32,000 nucleotides of DNA from Candidatus Saccharimonadota bacterium (lineage in GTDB: Bacteria > Pseudomonadota > Gammaproteobacteria > Enterobacterales > Enterobacteriaceae). The position numbers and the translations under genes were made by a program. Location: positions 240,001 to 272,000 of the forward strand of contig CP145869.1 in the NCBI GenBank assembly GCA_041941765.1, in the 5' to 3' direction. The notes under the pieces are model-generated. The model ran no database searches. It saw nothing but the letters and a program-made list of their open reading frames with translations, and was not told the DNA's origin. This document shows positions 8,468-22,736 of this stretch, in pieces (the first letter of the stretch is position 1; every line of letters starts with the position of its first letter).

Positions 8468-8782
8468 ATGTATGCTATTTTCCAAAGCGGTGGAAAACAA
8501 TATCGTGTCAAATCAGGGCAAATTATTTGTTTAGAAAAAATTAACAATTTCTTACCGAATCATAAAATTCAATTTGATCAAGTACTAATGATAGTTAATG
8601 GTAATGAAGTTAAAATTGGTACTCCTTTAGTAATAGGAGGTTTAATTCAAGCCGAAGTACTTGTTCATAATCGTACCAAAAAAATTAAAATAGTTAAATT
8701 TAAACGTCGTAAACACTATGAAAAACAACAAGGACATCGTCAGTGGTACACTAAAGTTAAAATAACTGATATAATTTATTAA
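8468..8782 (+). CDS. rplU: 50S ribosomal protein L21
   Basis: [14 protein letters not shown] and [27 protein letters not shown] match E. coli L21. SD gagg lies upstream. Confidence 0.97.
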   Translation: MYAIFQSGGKQYRVKSGQIICLEKINNFLPNHKIQFDQVLMIVNGNEVKIGTPLVIGGLIQAEVLVHNRTKKIKIVKFKRRKHYEKQQGHRQWYTKVKITDIIY

Positions 8783-8811
8783 ATAAAATAATAAATAATA
8801 GGATAATTTTT

Positions 8812-9069
8812 ATGGCACATAAAAAAGCGGGAGGATCGAGTAAAAACGGTCGTGATTCTCATTCTAAACGTTTAGGTGTAAAACGATTTAGTGGGGAAAA
8901 AATATCAGCAGGAAGTATAATTGTACGGCAACGAGGAACCAAATTTCATGCAGGCTATAATGTAGGATGTGGACGTGATCATACTTTATTTGCGCTCACG
9001 TCAGGTATGATAAAAATAACTAATAAAAATAATAAAAAACGTAAATATATTAACATTATTACATCTTAA
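8812..9069 (+). CDS. rpmA: 50S ribosomal protein L27
   Basis: [26 protein letters not shown]...[28 protein letters not shown] is near-identical to E. coli L27. Confidence 0.97.
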   Translation: MAHKKAGGSSKNGRDSHSKRLGVKRFSGEKISAGSIIVRQRGTKFHAGYNVGCGRDHTLFALTSGMIKITNKNNKKRKYINIITS

Positions 9070-9084
9070 CTTAATAAGAAATAA

Positions 9085-10720
<1,636 letters not shown>

Positions 10721-10746
10721 AGATTAATTAATGTTAATAAAAAAGC

Positions 10747-12441
10747 TTAAAATATCGGCCAAATAATTATTATTAAAGTACCTACTAATGTTAATAGTAC
10801 ATTAGCTATAGCATATGTTCCAGCATATCCTAACGCGGGAATATTACTCTGCGAAGCATCATTAATAATTTCCATGGCTGGTGCACAAGTACGTGCTCCC
10901 ATAAGAGCTCCAAACAGAAGTGCAGGATTCATATGTAAGATCCAAGATCCGAATAAAAAACAAATTAAAAAAGGTATTAAGCTAACTAGAAAACCAGCTA
11001 ATAACATTTCTAGTATTATATTAATACTAAAAATTTCTCCGCCATGTGTTAAGCTATGGCCAGCATTTAATCCTACACCCGCCATAAAAGTCATTAAGCA
11101 AAATTCTTTTACCATAGTTAAGGCTCCCGAAGGAATATAGCCAAAAGTAGGATGATTAGCACGTAAAAACCCTAACAGAATTCCAGATAAAAGTAATCCA
11201 GCAGCATTACCAATACTAAATGTATAATGATTAAACTGAATAGTAATCATTCCGATAATTAAACCCATAAGAAAAAAAGAACAAAAAGCTAACAAATCAC
11301 TAGCTTGATTATGTATAGAAACAAAACCAATACGATCTGCTATTTTTTTTACTCTACGTTCTTCTCCACTAACTTGCAATATATCTCCTTTATTCAAAAT
11401 AATATTATCATCAATTGGCATTTCAATTTGACTTCGAATGATGTGATTTAAAAAACAACCATGATCCGTAAGTTTAAGTGAACTTAAACGTTTATTCACA
11501 AAATTATTATTTTGTACTACTATCTCTTCTGTAACAATACGCATATCCAGCAACTCACGATCAAATACTTCTTTTCCATTTCTGAAACTAGGATTAAGTC
11601 TCGCATGTGCGTCAGGATAACCAACTAAAGAAATTTCATCGCCTACTTGTAAAATAGCATCTCCATCAGGATTAGCAATAATTCCATTACGACGAATTCT
11701 TTCAATATAACATCCAGTTTTGAGATAAATACCTAGTTCACGTAAATTTTTACCTCCTGTCCAATTTACCAATTCTGGACCAACGCGATACGCACGAATT
11801 ACTGGTAACCAAACTTTGCGAAGACTTTCTTTATCTAATCCTCTTTCTCGTGCAATCTGTTGTGCACTAGTCGATAAATCATGTTGTTGCAATTGAGGTA
11901 AATAACGAGCACCAAATATTAAACTTATTAATCCTATTAAATAAGTTATTGCATATCCTAAAGTTAGATGATCTTGTGCTAAACGTAACATATGTGGGTC
12001 TAAAAAAGATTGACGTAATGTATCATCGGCTCCCATTAAGACTGGAGTAGATGTTATAGATCCCGCTAAGATACCAGCTGTTATTGCGCTATCCCAATGA
12101 AAAAAATATCCTAAAGCAAAAGTAGTTAAAAGAGCACTTGTTATCATAACAAATGTTATTAATAAACAATTTTTTCCATCCATAAAAAATATTGCAAAAA
12201 AATTAGGACCTGCTTCTATTCCTACACAAAAAATAAATAAAGTAAATCCTAAACGTAAAGCTTCAGTATTTACTGCAAAATTTCCTTGTCCTAAGAATAA
12301 TGAGATTAATAAAATTCCAATAGAATTACCTAGTTGAAAGTTTCCTATACGGAGTTTACCTAAACATAAACCTAAACTAAGAATTACAAATAATAAAAAA
12401 ATATAATTGCTATTTAATAATGAAAGAATATTTATATTCAC
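10747..12441 (-). CDS. ybjL: Putative transport protein YbjL (AAE, aspartate:alanine exchanger family) with two central RCK_C/TrkA-C domains
   Basis: 564 aa. Two membrane halves flank a soluble core: [10 protein letters not shown]...[46 protein letters not shown] and [50 protein letters not shown]. Strongly collinear with E. coli YbjL as I remember it. Confidence 0.9.
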   Translation of the reverse strand: MNINILSLLNSNYIFLLFVILSLGLCLGKLRIGNFQLGNSIGILLISLFLGQGNFAVNTEALRLGFTLFIFCVGIEAGPNFFAIFFMDGKNCLLITFVMITSALLTTFALGYFFHWDSAITAGILAGSITSTPVLMGADDTLRQSFLDPHMLRLAQDHLTLGYAITYLIGLISLIFGARYLPQLQQHDLSTSAQQIARERGLDKESLRKVWLPVIRAYRVGPELVNWTGGKNLRELGIYLKTGCYIERIRRNGIIANPDGDAILQVGDEISLVGYPDAHARLNPSFRNGKEVFDRELLDMRIVTEEIVVQNNNFVNKRLSSLKLTDHGCFLNHIIRSQIEMPIDDNIILNKGDILQVSGEERRVKKIADRIGFVSIHNQASDLLAFCSFFLMGLIIGMITIQFNHYTFSIGNAAGLLLSGILLGFLRANHPTFGYIPSGALTMVKEFCLMTFMAGVGLNAGHSLTHGGEIFSINIILEMLLAGFLVSLIPFLICFLFGSWILHMNPALLFGALMGARTCAPAMEIINDASQSNIPALGYAGTYAIANVLLTLVGTLIIIIWPIF

Positions 12442-12653
12442 AATGTAACTTATAATTTTAATGATTTAAAAATTAATATTTAGATTTTAAAAGATCTTCA
12501 TCTTCCTGACATTTTACTATAAGTTTATAAAGGAATTATTAATAATTATATATTAAATATAATATAATAAATAAGATTAGATCATTTTTAAAATACTAAG
12601 TGTATTTTATATAATGTTAATTTAAAATACAAACGATTATTTTTGAAGCTTAA

Positions 12654-14450
<1,797 letters not shown>

Positions 14451-14516
14451 TAAGATAAAAGTCATCTATTTATTTAAAATTGTTCTATTTTCTTTATGAA
14501 TAATAATTAATACTAA

Positions 14517-16307
14517 ATGAAGTATATAAGAAATTTTTCAATTATTGCTCATGTCGATCATGGCAAGTCAACCCTCTCTGATAGATTTATTGAATATTGT
14601 GGTGGATTATCTAATCGTGAAATGTCTGCTCAAGTTCTTGATTCTATGGAATTAGAACGTGAGCGAGGTATTACTATAAAAGCTAGAAGTGTAACTTTGA
14701 ATTATCAATCTTCTTTGGATAACAAGAATTACTTACTAAATTTAATTGATACACCTGGTCATGTCGATTTTTCTTATGAAGTATCACGTTCCTTGGCGGC
14801 TTGTGAAGGAGCTTTATTAATTATAGATGCAGCACAAGGAATTGAAGCCCAAACTGTAGCTAATTTTTATAATGCAATTGAATTAAATTTAGAAGTAGTT
14901 CCAATTATCAATAAAATTGATTTATCTACAGCTAATCCTGATTTAGTGGCTCAACAAATTGAAGAAATTTTAGGTATTCCAACTTGCAAGATTATTCGAT
15001 GTTCTGCAAAAACAGGTCAAGGAGTAGTTGAAGTACTGGAACGTTTAATACAAAATATACCTCCTCCTTCAGGTTCATTACAAAATCCATTACAAGCTCT
15101 TATTATTGATTCTTGGTTTGATGATTATCTTGGAGTAGTTTCATTAATAAGAATTAAAAATGGAATTTTACATAAAGATGATAAAATTCAAATTATGAAT
15201 ACTAAACAATTTTATCATGTAGAAGATCTAGGTTTATTTACTCCTAAAAAAAAATCTACTAATACATTAAAATGTGGAGAGGTAGGTTGGATAATTTGTA
15301 ATATTAAAGATATTAATAGTGCACCAGTAGGAGCAACAATAACTTTAATTAGTAACGCAGCAAAAAATCTTCTACCTGGATTTAAAAAAATCCAACCTCA
15401 AACATATGCAGGTTTATTTCCGGTGAAATCAGAAGATTATTCCGCTTTTCGTAATGCATTAGAAAAACTTAGTATAAATGATTCATCATTATATTATGAA
15501 GCTGAAACTTCTAATGCATTAGGATTTGGTTTTAGATGCGGATTTCTGGGATTTTTACATATGGATATAGTTAAAGAAAGATTACGAAGAGAATATAATC
15601 TCGATTTAATTTCTACGATTCCTACAGTTATTTATGAACTAGAAACTATTAAAGGAGAAATAATTTACATAAATAGTGCCTCAAAAATTTTTACTCATAA
15701 TATTTCTATATGGCGTGAACCAATAGCAGAATGTAGAATTTTTGTCCCTAAAATTTATTTAGGAAATATTATTTCTTTATGTGTAGAAAAAAGAGGGATT
15801 CAACTTAATTTAATCTATCATAAAAGTCAAGTGGAATTAATATATGAAATACCAATGGCAGAGATAGCTTCGAATTTTTACGATCGATTAAAATCAAATT
15901 CAAGAGGTTATGCAACAATGGACTATAATTTTAAGAAATTTCAATCTTCTGATTTAGTCTGTTTAAATATTTTAATTAATAAGATTATTTTAGATGCTTG
16001 TTCCATAATTACTCATAGAAGTAATGTATTGTATTGTGCACATAAATTTATTGATAAAATAAAACAACTAATTCCACGACAACAATTTGAGATTGTTATT
16101 CAAGCTGCAATGGGTAATAAAATTATTGCTCGTTCAACAATTAAACCATTTAGAAAAAATGTATTAGCAAAATGTTCAGGTGGTGATGTAAGTCGTAAAA
16201 AAAAATTATTGTCTAAACAAAAACAAGGAAAAAAACGCATGAAATTATTAGGAAATATTGAAATTCCATCTGAAGTATTTATGACACTTTTGCATATCGA
16301 TAAATAA
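14517..16307 (+). CDS. lepA: Elongation factor 4 (LepA)
   Basis: [25 protein letters not shown] and NKIDL GTPase motifs, plus the LepA-specific C-terminal domain ([23 protein letters not shown]). Confidence 0.97.
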   Translation: MKYIRNFSIIAHVDHGKSTLSDRFIEYCGGLSNREMSAQVLDSMELERERGITIKARSVTLNYQSSLDNKNYLLNLIDTPGHVDFSYEVSRSLAACEGALLIIDAAQGIEAQTVANFYNAIELNLEVVPIINKIDLSTANPDLVAQQIEEILGIPTCKIIRCSAKTGQGVVEVLERLIQNIPPPSGSLQNPLQALIIDSWFDDYLGVVSLIRIKNGILHKDDKIQIMNTKQFYHVEDLGLFTPKKKSTNTLKCGEVGWIICNIKDINSAPVGATITLISNAAKNLLPGFKKIQPQTYAGLFPVKSEDYSAFRNALEKLSINDSSLYYEAETSNALGFGFRCGFLGFLHMDIVKERLRREYNLDLISTIPTVIYELETIKGEIIYINSASKIFTHNISIWREPIAECRIFVPKIYLGNIISLCVEKRGIQLNLIYHKSQVELIYEIPMAEIASNFYDRLKSNSRGYATMDYNFKKFQSSDLVCLNILINKIILDACSIITHRSNVLYCAHKFIDKIKQLIPRQQFEIVIQAAMGNKIIARSTIKPFRKNVLAKCSGGDVSRKKKLLSKQKQGKKRMKLLGNIEIPSEVFMTLLHIDK

Positions 16308-16319
16308 AAAGTAAAAGTT

Positions 16320-17243
16320 ATGATAAGTATCTTTACTTTAATATTAACCATACTTACATTATGCACGGGAATACTATGGATTATTAGAAGATTATGTATT
16401 CACCAATATGTTTTGATTGCTAATCATAATCCATTTGGTGTTTTATATCAAATTATTGAAACTTTAGCTTCTATTTTTCCAATATTATTATTAGTATTTA
16501 TAATTCGATCGTTTATATATGAACCTTTTCATATTTCATCGGGATCTATGATGCCTACATTACTAGCCGGTGATTTCATTATGGTAAAAAAATTTTCTTA
16601 TAATATAAAAAATCCTATTACTCAACATATATGGATAAAAATGAGTAAACCCAAAAGAGGAGATATAGTAGTTTTTCACTATCCATTAAATCCGAAAATA
16701 AATTATATTAAACGGATTATTGGAATTCCAGGAGATAAAATATTCTATGATTATAGAAAAAAAGAAATTAATATTCAACCAACATGTTATAAAGATTATA
16801 ACTGTAAACCCCTCCAAATTACTTATTCTGAAATGAAACCAAGTAATTTTATTCAAACTTTTCAAAATCAATCCGGTTTAGTAAAAACTAATTTTTATCA
16901 CAATACTAATAATATTCCAATAAATGGAATACAACTTTTTGAAAAAAATGAAATGATTTCAAATTATGATCATCGAATTTTACTGTTACCAACAAATATG
17001 TCAAGTAATGTTAATTTATATTATCAACAATCTAATAAATCTATATCTACTTGGTTAGTACCAAATGGTTATTATTTTATGATGGGTGATAATCGTGATA
17101 ATAGTGCTGATAGTCGTTATTGGGGTTTTGTCCCAGAAAATTATTTAGTAGGAAAAGCTGTATTGATTTGGATGAGTTTTAACATTAAAACGAATAGTAC
17201 ATTACCAATCGGTATACGATTACATCGAATTGGTAGAATATAA
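16320..17243 (+). CDS. lepB: Signal peptidase I
   Basis: N-terminal TM segments, catalytic Ser box SGSMMPTL, Lys box YIKRIIGIPGDKI and GDNRDNSADSRYWGFVP. Confidence 0.93.
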   Translation: MISIFTLILTILTLCTGILWIIRRLCIHQYVLIANHNPFGVLYQIIETLASIFPILLLVFIIRSFIYEPFHISSGSMMPTLLAGDFIMVKKFSYNIKNPITQHIWIKMSKPKRGDIVVFHYPLNPKINYIKRIIGIPGDKIFYDYRKKEINIQPTCYKDYNCKPLQITYSEMKPSNFIQTFQNQSGLVKTNFYHNTNNIPINGIQLFEKNEMISNYDHRILLLPTNMSSNVNLYYQQSNKSISTWLVPNGYYFMMGDNRDNSADSRYWGFVPENYLVGKAVLIWMSFNIKTNSTLPIGIRLHRIGRI

Positions 17244-17275
17244 TAATTTTTATTAATTTAACTAAGTTTTAAAAT

Positions 17276-17962
17276 ATGAACATTACTGTACTGAACACAC
17301 TTCAAAAAACCATGGGTTATTTTTTTCAACAACATACTTTATTACAACAAGCTCTTACTCATCGAAGTTCAAATGGTAAACATAATGAACGTCTCGAATT
17401 TTTAGGAGACTCTATTTTAAATTATGTTATTGCCAATGCACTTTATCATCGTTTTCCTGAAATGAATGAAGGTAACATGAGTAGAATACGTGCAACCTTA
17501 GTACGTGAAAATACTTTAGCAAACATTGCACGAGAGTTGAATATAAATAGTTGTTTACGTTTAGGATTAGGTGAATTGAAAAATGGTGGAACTGATCGTG
17601 AATCCATTTTAGCTGATGCAATTGAAGCTCTAATTGGTAGTATTTTTTTAGATAGTGATATTTTTACCGTAGAAAAATTAATCTTAAATTGGTATAAAGA
17701 TAGATTAAAGACTATTAGTCCAAATGATAACCCTAAAGATCCCAAAACTCGTTTGCAAGAATGGTTACAAAGTCATAAAATGCCATTACCAACTTATTTA
17801 GTTAGTAAAGTATCTGGAGAAGCTCATGATCATATATTTACTATCATTTGTAAAATAAGTCATATAAATAATACTGAATCTGTAGTGGGTATAGGTTCTA
17901 GTCGTCGTAAAGCCGAACAAATAGCAGCACAAAATATGTTAATTAAATTAGGAATTGAATGA
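17276..17962 (+). CDS. rnc: Ribonuclease III
   Basis: RNase III signature [13 protein letters not shown] and a C-terminal dsRBD ([12 protein letters not shown]...[13 protein letters not shown]). The TGA stop overlaps the era ATG (ATGA). Confidence 0.96.
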   Translation: MNITVLNTLQKTMGYFFQQHTLLQQALTHRSSNGKHNERLEFLGDSILNYVIANALYHRFPEMNEGNMSRIRATLVRENTLANIARELNINSCLRLGLGELKNGGTDRESILADAIEALIGSIFLDSDIFTVEKLILNWYKDRLKTISPNDNPKDPKTRLQEWLQSHKMPLPTYLVSKVSGEAHDHIFTIICKISHINNTESVVGIGSSRRKAEQIAAQNMLIKLGIE

Positions 17963-18882
17963 TTGATCATAATAATACAATAGAAAATCAACAACTACAT
18001 TGTGGTTATATTCCTATTGTAGGAAAATCTAATGTTGGTAAATCGACTTTACTAAATAATCTTATTGGACAAAAAATATCAATTGTTTGTCGTAAAGCAC
18101 ATACCACTCGTCAGTGTATTGTAGGAATACATACTAAAGGTAATTATCAAACAATTTATATAGATACTCCTGGATGGAATAATATAAAACAAAAAACTCT
18201 TTTAAATCGTTTCATGAATCGTAATATAATCAATTATATAAAAAATCATGTAGCATTAGTTATTTTTGTAACATCTGGTACAAATTGGACATCTAATGAT
18301 AATCAAATCTTAAATATGTTGTGTAAAAATGAATCACCAGTATTACTAGTCATTAATAAAATTGATCTGATTAAAAATAAAACCGTATTATTACCATATA
18401 TTCATTTAATAAGTCAAAAAATGAATTTTATAGACATTTTACCTATTTCTGCATCTACTGGATATAATATAAATAATTTATTAAAAATTATTACCAAATT
18501 TTTACCAAAATCAAACCATTTATTTCCTAAAAAAATGATTACTAATCAATCTATAACATTTATGTTATCAGAAATTATCAGAGAAAAATTAATGCATTTT
18601 TTGAATCATGAGATACCTTATTCCGTTGCTGTTACTATTGATCAAGTAACTTTTAATAATAAATCAGGTATATATGATATATATGGATATATACTAGTTG
18701 AACGCAAAGGACAAAAAAAGATTATTATAGGTTATAAAAATAACAAAATTAATAACATTCTTAAAGAAGCTAGTTATGAAATCGAATTAATGATGAATAC
18801 TCCCGTATCAATTAATTTAGGAATTAAAATTAAAAATCAATGGTTCAATGATCAGATAATATTAAAAACATTGGGTTATTAA
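17959..18882 (+). CDS. era: GTPase Era
   Basis: [16 protein letters not shown] and NKID motifs, and a KH domain ([22 protein letters not shown]). Follows rnc, as in the E. coli rnc-era operon. Confidence 0.95.
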   Translation: MIDHNNTIENQQLHCGYIPIVGKSNVGKSTLLNNLIGQKISIVCRKAHTTRQCIVGIHTKGNYQTIYIDTPGWNNIKQKTLLNRFMNRNIINYIKNHVALVIFVTSGTNWTSNDNQILNMLCKNESPVLLVINKIDLIKNKTVLLPYIHLISQKMNFIDILPISASTGYNINNLLKIITKFLPKSNHLFPKKMITNQSITFMLSEIIREKLMHFLNHEIPYSVAVTIDQVTFNNKSGIYDIYGYILVERKGQKKIIIGYKNNKINNILKEASYEIELMMNTPVSINLGIKIKNQWFNDQIILKTLGY

Positions 18883-18925
18883 TATTTTTTAGTTGGTAAA
18901 TGTATAAATTTTCAAGGATTATATA

Positions 18926-19306
18926 ATGGGTATTATTGGGTTAGGAATTGATATAATTGATATCATACGTATTGCTAATCTTGTAGATAGATTTGGAAAT
19001 AAATTTGCTCAACGTATTTTATGTAATGAAGAATTTTTATATTATCAAAACTATTGTTATCCAGTTCGTTTTTTAGCGAAACGATTTGTAGCTAAGGAAG
19101 CAGCTGTAAAAGCTTTTGGAATTGGAATAAGAAATGGTATAACATACAAACAATTTTCTATATTTAATGATAAATATGGAAAACCTTATTTAAAATATCA
19201 TAATAAGGTTACTTATTTAGCAGAAAATTTAAAAATCAAATCGATTCATCTTTCGATTACAGATGAGAAACATTATGCTAGTGCGATAGTTATTATCGAA
19301 AACTAA
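18926..19306 (+). CDS. acpS: Holo-[acyl-carrier-protein] synthase
   Basis: 126 aa. GIIGLGIDIIDIIRI, RFLAKRFVAKEAAVKAFGIGIRNG and the C-terminal HYASAIVIIE parallel E. coli AcpS. Confidence 0.93.
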   Translation: MGIIGLGIDIIDIIRIANLVDRFGNKFAQRILCNEEFLYYQNYCYPVRFLAKRFVAKEAAVKAFGIGIRNGITYKQFSIFNDKYGKPYLKYHNKVTYLAENLKIKSIHLSITDEKHYASAIVIIEN

Positions 19307-19310
19307 ATAA

Positions 19311-19529
19311 CTAATTCAATTTTGGATTAAGTTTGATTTTAATAATAGCCTTATTAATAGGACAAACTTTTTTACAATTTGGTGTTGTATAATACCCTCT
19401 ACATTCAGTACAACTATCTTGATTAATACAATAAATTTTTTTGATATCGTTAAAAAAAATTGCATTATTTGGACATTCAGCAACACACATATCACAATTA
19501 ACACAAGATTTGGTAATCATCAAAGTCAT
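19311..19529 (-). CDS. yfhL: YfhL-type 2x[4Fe-4S] ferredoxin
   Basis: 72 aa. MTLMITKSCVNCDMCVAECP and CTEC....(x)CKKVCP cysteine clusters are present. The N-terminus mirrors E. coli YfhL ([20 protein letters not shown]). Adjacent to acpS, as in E. coli. Confidence 0.85.
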   Translation of the reverse strand: MTLMITKSCVNCDMCVAECPNNAIFFNDIKKIYCINQDSCTECRGYYTTPNCKKVCPINKAIIKIKLNPKLN

Positions 19530-19643
19530 AATTTCTTCATTACATTAAGAAAAAGTTATTTTGAGTTTTCACTCAATTTTTATGTTTTTATAATATATTA
19601 CTTCTGTTTAAGAAGTTATAGTATTATATTTATATAATAACTA

Positions 19644-19756
19644 AGGAAACCTTGCTAGTCATTTTCCAGTACATGTCTCGCTTACTTTGGCTGCTTCTTT
19701 CCAGACCTGACCAGTTAATAAGTTGGTTCACATTACAGAATAACTCACAAGATTTC
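19644..19756 (-). ncRNA. ffs: 4.5S RNA (bacterial small SRP RNA)
   Basis: The minus strand reads ggaaatcttgtgagtta...ttaactggtcaggtctggaaagaagcagccaaagtaagcgagac...tgactagcaaggtttcc. The core GGUCAGGUCUGGAAAGAAGCAGCC matches the universally conserved domain IV (E. coli GGUCAGGUCCGGAAGGAAGCAGCC, GGAA tetraloop). The 5' and 3' ends pair with each other (17 positions with 3 G-U pairs and 1 mismatch). Ends are approximate to within a few nt. Confidence 0.85.
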
Positions 19757-19885
19757 CAATTGTTCTATTTGAATATAAATTCTCATTATAATTTTAATGA
19801 GTAATAAAAAAAAATCAATTGTTATTGATATAAATCAGTAATTATTTTATCCTAAATAAAAAAGTATTATTTTGGATGAAAAAAT

Positions 19886-21094
19886 ATGTTTGAAAATCTG
19901 CCGATGGCGCCTGAAGATCCCATTTTAGGATTAACTGACGAATTTTATGCTGATCCTAGATCTAATAAAATTAATTTGGGTATTGGTGTTTATAATGATG
20001 AAAAAACCATAGCACCAATATTAACTAGTGTCAAACAAGCTGAAAAATTAATTCTAGAAAAAGAACAAACTAAAAATTACTTAAGTATTGAAGGAAGTAC
20101 AGAATTTGCATTCCATACTCAAATTTTATTATTTGGTAAAGATAGTGAAGTAATATCTACTAAACGTGCTAGAACAGCACAAACTCCCGGTGGAACTGGA
20201 GCATTAAGTATAATAGCCGATTTTTTAGTAAAAAAAAGTACTATTAATAGAATATGGATTAGTAATCCTACTTGGCCAAATCATAATAATATTTTTTCTA
20301 CTGCAGGTTTAAATGTTAAAGAATATCCTTGGTACAATCAGCAAACACATTTACTAGACTTTGATAATTTATTATTAACTTTACAAAAAGAGGTACAACC
20401 AGGAGATGCAGTTTTATTTCATGGTTGTTGTCATAATCCCACAGGTGTAGATCCTACAATTGAACAATGGAAACAACTAGCTAATTTATCGCAAATGAAT
20501 CATTGGATACCTATATTTGATTTTGCTTATCAAGGATTTTCTAAGAGTTTAGAAGAAGATACAAAAGCATTACGCATGTTTGTAGAACATCATCAAGAAA
20601 TGATTGTTGCAAGTTCATATTCCAAAAACATGGGATTATATAATGAACGTGTAGGTTCTTTAACAGTTATTGGTAAAAATTCTCAGATAGTTAATGCAAT
20701 GTTTAGTCAAATTAAAACCCTTATTCGAGTTCATTATTCTAATCCTCCAGCTCATGGTGCAGCTATAGTTACTACTATATTAAAACATAAAGATCTTAAG
20801 TTACTTTGGCATCAAGAATTATTTAATATGCGTGAAAGAATTTGTAAGATGCGTCAACTATTTGTTCATACTTTACAACAACAAGGTATTAAAAAAGATT
20901 TTAATTTTATTAATAAACAACATGGGATGTTTTCTTATAGTGGTTTAAATAAACAACAAGTAATTTTTTTAAGAAAACACTTTGGAATTTATATAGTGGA
21001 TTCTGGAAGAATAAATATAGCTAGTATTACTTTAACTAATATAAATTACTTATGTAAGGCTATTAGTTCAGTGATTAAATCAAATATTATGTAA
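19886..21094 (+). CDS. aspC: Aspartate aminotransferase
   Basis: MFENL..AP.DPILGL, NLGIGVY, CCHNPTG and the PLP-lysine box [14 protein letters not shown]. 402 aa, collinear with E. coli AspC. Confidence 0.96.
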   Translation: MFENLPMAPEDPILGLTDEFYADPRSNKINLGIGVYNDEKTIAPILTSVKQAEKLILEKEQTKNYLSIEGSTEFAFHTQILLFGKDSEVISTKRARTAQTPGGTGALSIIADFLVKKSTINRIWISNPTWPNHNNIFSTAGLNVKEYPWYNQQTHLLDFDNLLLTLQKEVQPGDAVLFHGCCHNPTGVDPTIEQWKQLANLSQMNHWIPIFDFAYQGFSKSLEEDTKALRMFVEHHQEMIVASSYSKNMGLYNERVGSLTVIGKNSQIVNAMFSQIKTLIRVHYSNPPAHGAAIVTTILKHKDLKLLWHQELFNMRERICKMRQLFVHTLQQQGIKKDFNFINKQHGMFSYSGLNKQQVIFLRKHFGIYIVDSGRINIASITLTNINYLCKAISSVIKSNIM

Positions 21095-21128
21095 AAGTTA
21101 TTTATTATCTTAGCAAATAGAGTTTTAC

Positions 21129-21923
21129 ATGAAATTACATCAAACCTTAGCACTTGGGATTGAATATAATGGTAGTCGATATCATGGTTGGCAATTTCAA
21201 CAATTTGTCCCTAGTATACAAGCGAGTTTAGAAGAAGCATTATCAAAGATAGCGAATCATTCTGTTAAAACTTTTTGTGCTGGACGTACTGATGCCGGAG
21301 TACATAGTATAGGACAAGTAGTACATTTTGAAACGAATGTTGCACGTCACCCATTAGCTTGGACCCGGGGAGTGAATAGATACTTGCCAAATGATATTAC
21401 TGTACGTTGGGTCACAAATGTACCTAATAAGTTTCATGCCCGTTTTAGTGCTTTGGCTCGTTTATATCGTTATATAATTTATAATTCTTATGTGAGATCA
21501 GCATTATTAAATACAAAAGTGATGCACTATTATCAACCATTAAATGAAACACGTATGCATAATGCAGGTCAATATCTAATTGGTGAAAATGATTTTAGTT
21601 CATTTCGTGCTGCAAATTGTGAATCTCAATCTTCTTGGAGAAACATTCTATATCTCAATGTAACAAGATATGGATCTTATGTTGTGATAAACATAAAAGC
21701 TAATTCTTTTTTACGTCATATGGTACGTAACATAGTTGGGTGTTTAATAGAAGTAGGATGTGGCAAATATAATGAACATTGGATTGCTAAAATTTTAGCT
21801 CTGAAAAATCGTCATAACGTAAAATATACTACGGTTAAACCAACCGGTTTATATCTGGTCGCCGTTGATTATCCAATGGAGTTTAATTTACCCGATCCAC
21901 AGTTAGAGCTTTTTTTAGTATAA
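21129..21923 (+). CDS. truA: tRNA pseudouridine(38-40) synthase
   Basis: [14 protein letters not shown], the catalytic Asp box [17 protein letters not shown] and [11 protein letters not shown]. Confidence 0.95.
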   Translation: MKLHQTLALGIEYNGSRYHGWQFQQFVPSIQASLEEALSKIANHSVKTFCAGRTDAGVHSIGQVVHFETNVARHPLAWTRGVNRYLPNDITVRWVTNVPNKFHARFSALARLYRYIIYNSYVRSALLNTKVMHYYQPLNETRMHNAGQYLIGENDFSSFRAANCESQSSWRNILYLNVTRYGSYVVINIKANSFLRHMVRNIVGCLIEVGCGKYNEHWIAKILALKNRHNVKYTTVKPTGLYLVAVDYPMEFNLPDPQLELFLV

Positions 21924-22072
21924 ACATTTTATTTATATAATAATCAGACCATAAATTACTTTGGGAGATGTAGTTTTATTTTGATAAAAAATTTTTCCCA
22001 ATTTAGTTATGAAATCCACTAGTTAAGAAAATAAATAATAAAAAAAGTTAGTTTAATTAGTACAGGTTAATT

Positions 22073-22663
22073 ATGATGAAGCGACTCATTATAGGTATTT
22101 CTGGTGCGAGTGGTATTCTTTATGGTATCCGGATCTTACAGGTTTTACAACATTTTGATGAAGTAGAAACACATCTTGTTATGAGTTTAGCCGCTCGAGA
22201 AACGTTAACTATAGAAACCGAATATACATTAAGTGAAATAACCTTTCTCGCTGATATGGTACATGATGTACGTAATGTTGCAGCAACAATTTCATCAGGT
22301 TCTTTTAAAACCGATGGTATGGTAATCTTACCTTGTTCTATGAAAACTCTCTCTGGAATTGCAAACAGTTATACTGATAATTTACTAACACGCGCTGCTG
22401 ATGTAGTATTAAAAGAAAAACGTCGATTAATTTTAGGTGTTAGAGAAACCCCTCTGCATTTAGGACATTTGCGTCTAATGTCAATGGTAGCTAAAATGGG
22501 AGCTATTATTATGCCACCAGTCCCAGCTTTTTATCACCGTCCAAAAACTATACAAGAATTGTTAGATCAGACTATTATTAGAGTATTAGATCAATTTGCA
22601 ATAAAGATGCAAACTCATTTAAATTTTTTACGGTGGCAAGGTTCTCCTACTACTTATACATAA
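22073..22663 (+). CDS. ubiX: Flavin prenyltransferase UbiX
   Basis: MKRLIIGISGASG, VILPCSMKTLSGIANSYTDNLLTRAADVVLKEKR and VRETPLHLGHLRLM are near-collinear with E. coli UbiX. The start is ATG 22073 or 22076. Confidence 0.95.
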   Translation: MMKRLIIGISGASGILYGIRILQVLQHFDEVETHLVMSLAARETLTIETEYTLSEITFLADMVHDVRNVAATISSGSFKTDGMVILPCSMKTLSGIANSYTDNLLTRAADVVLKEKRRLILGVRETPLHLGHLRLMSMVAKMGAIIMPPVPAFYHRPKTIQELLDQTIIRVLDQFAIKMQTHLNFLRWQGSPTTYT

Positions 22664-22670
22664 AACCAAC

Positions 22671-22707
22671 ACAGGCATAGATAGTAGATACATTAATCTA
22701 CGCCTGT
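22671..22707. terminator. Candidate bidirectional hairpin terminator between convergent ubiX and the orphan membrane gene
   Basis: acaggcatagat (22671-22682) pairs with atctacgcctgt (22696-22707), giving 12 bp with one A/C mismatch. This is unusually GC-rich for the window. T-rich sequence follows on both strands. It sits in the 73-bp gap between two convergent stop codons. Confidence 0.5.
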
Positions 22708-22736
22708 TGATGTTGTTTGATTGAATTTTCCTGAAT

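Noticed and set aside
16100-17745. Minus-strand ORFs 16100-16366, 16686-16871, 17427-17621 and 17446-17745.
   Set aside because: They are antisense to lepA, lepB and rnc, whose + strand products carry all catalytic motifs. They are shadow ORFs.
19561-19616. Two short hairpins between ffs and yfhL: ttgagt/actcaa at 19561-19576 (GAAA loop on the minus strand) and acttct/agaagt at 19600-19616. They could be an ffs terminator or a yfhL leader structure.
   Set aside because: The stems are only 6 bp, with no adjacent U-run on the transcribed strand. They cannot be distinguished from chance in AT-rich spacer DNA.
19316-19637. ORF 19316-19504 (-) and ORF 19419-19637 (+), both overlapping yfhL.
   Set aside because: The 19311-19529 frame encodes the two Cys clusters of a ferredoxin. 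The others are alternative-frame or antisense artefacts with low-complexity products.
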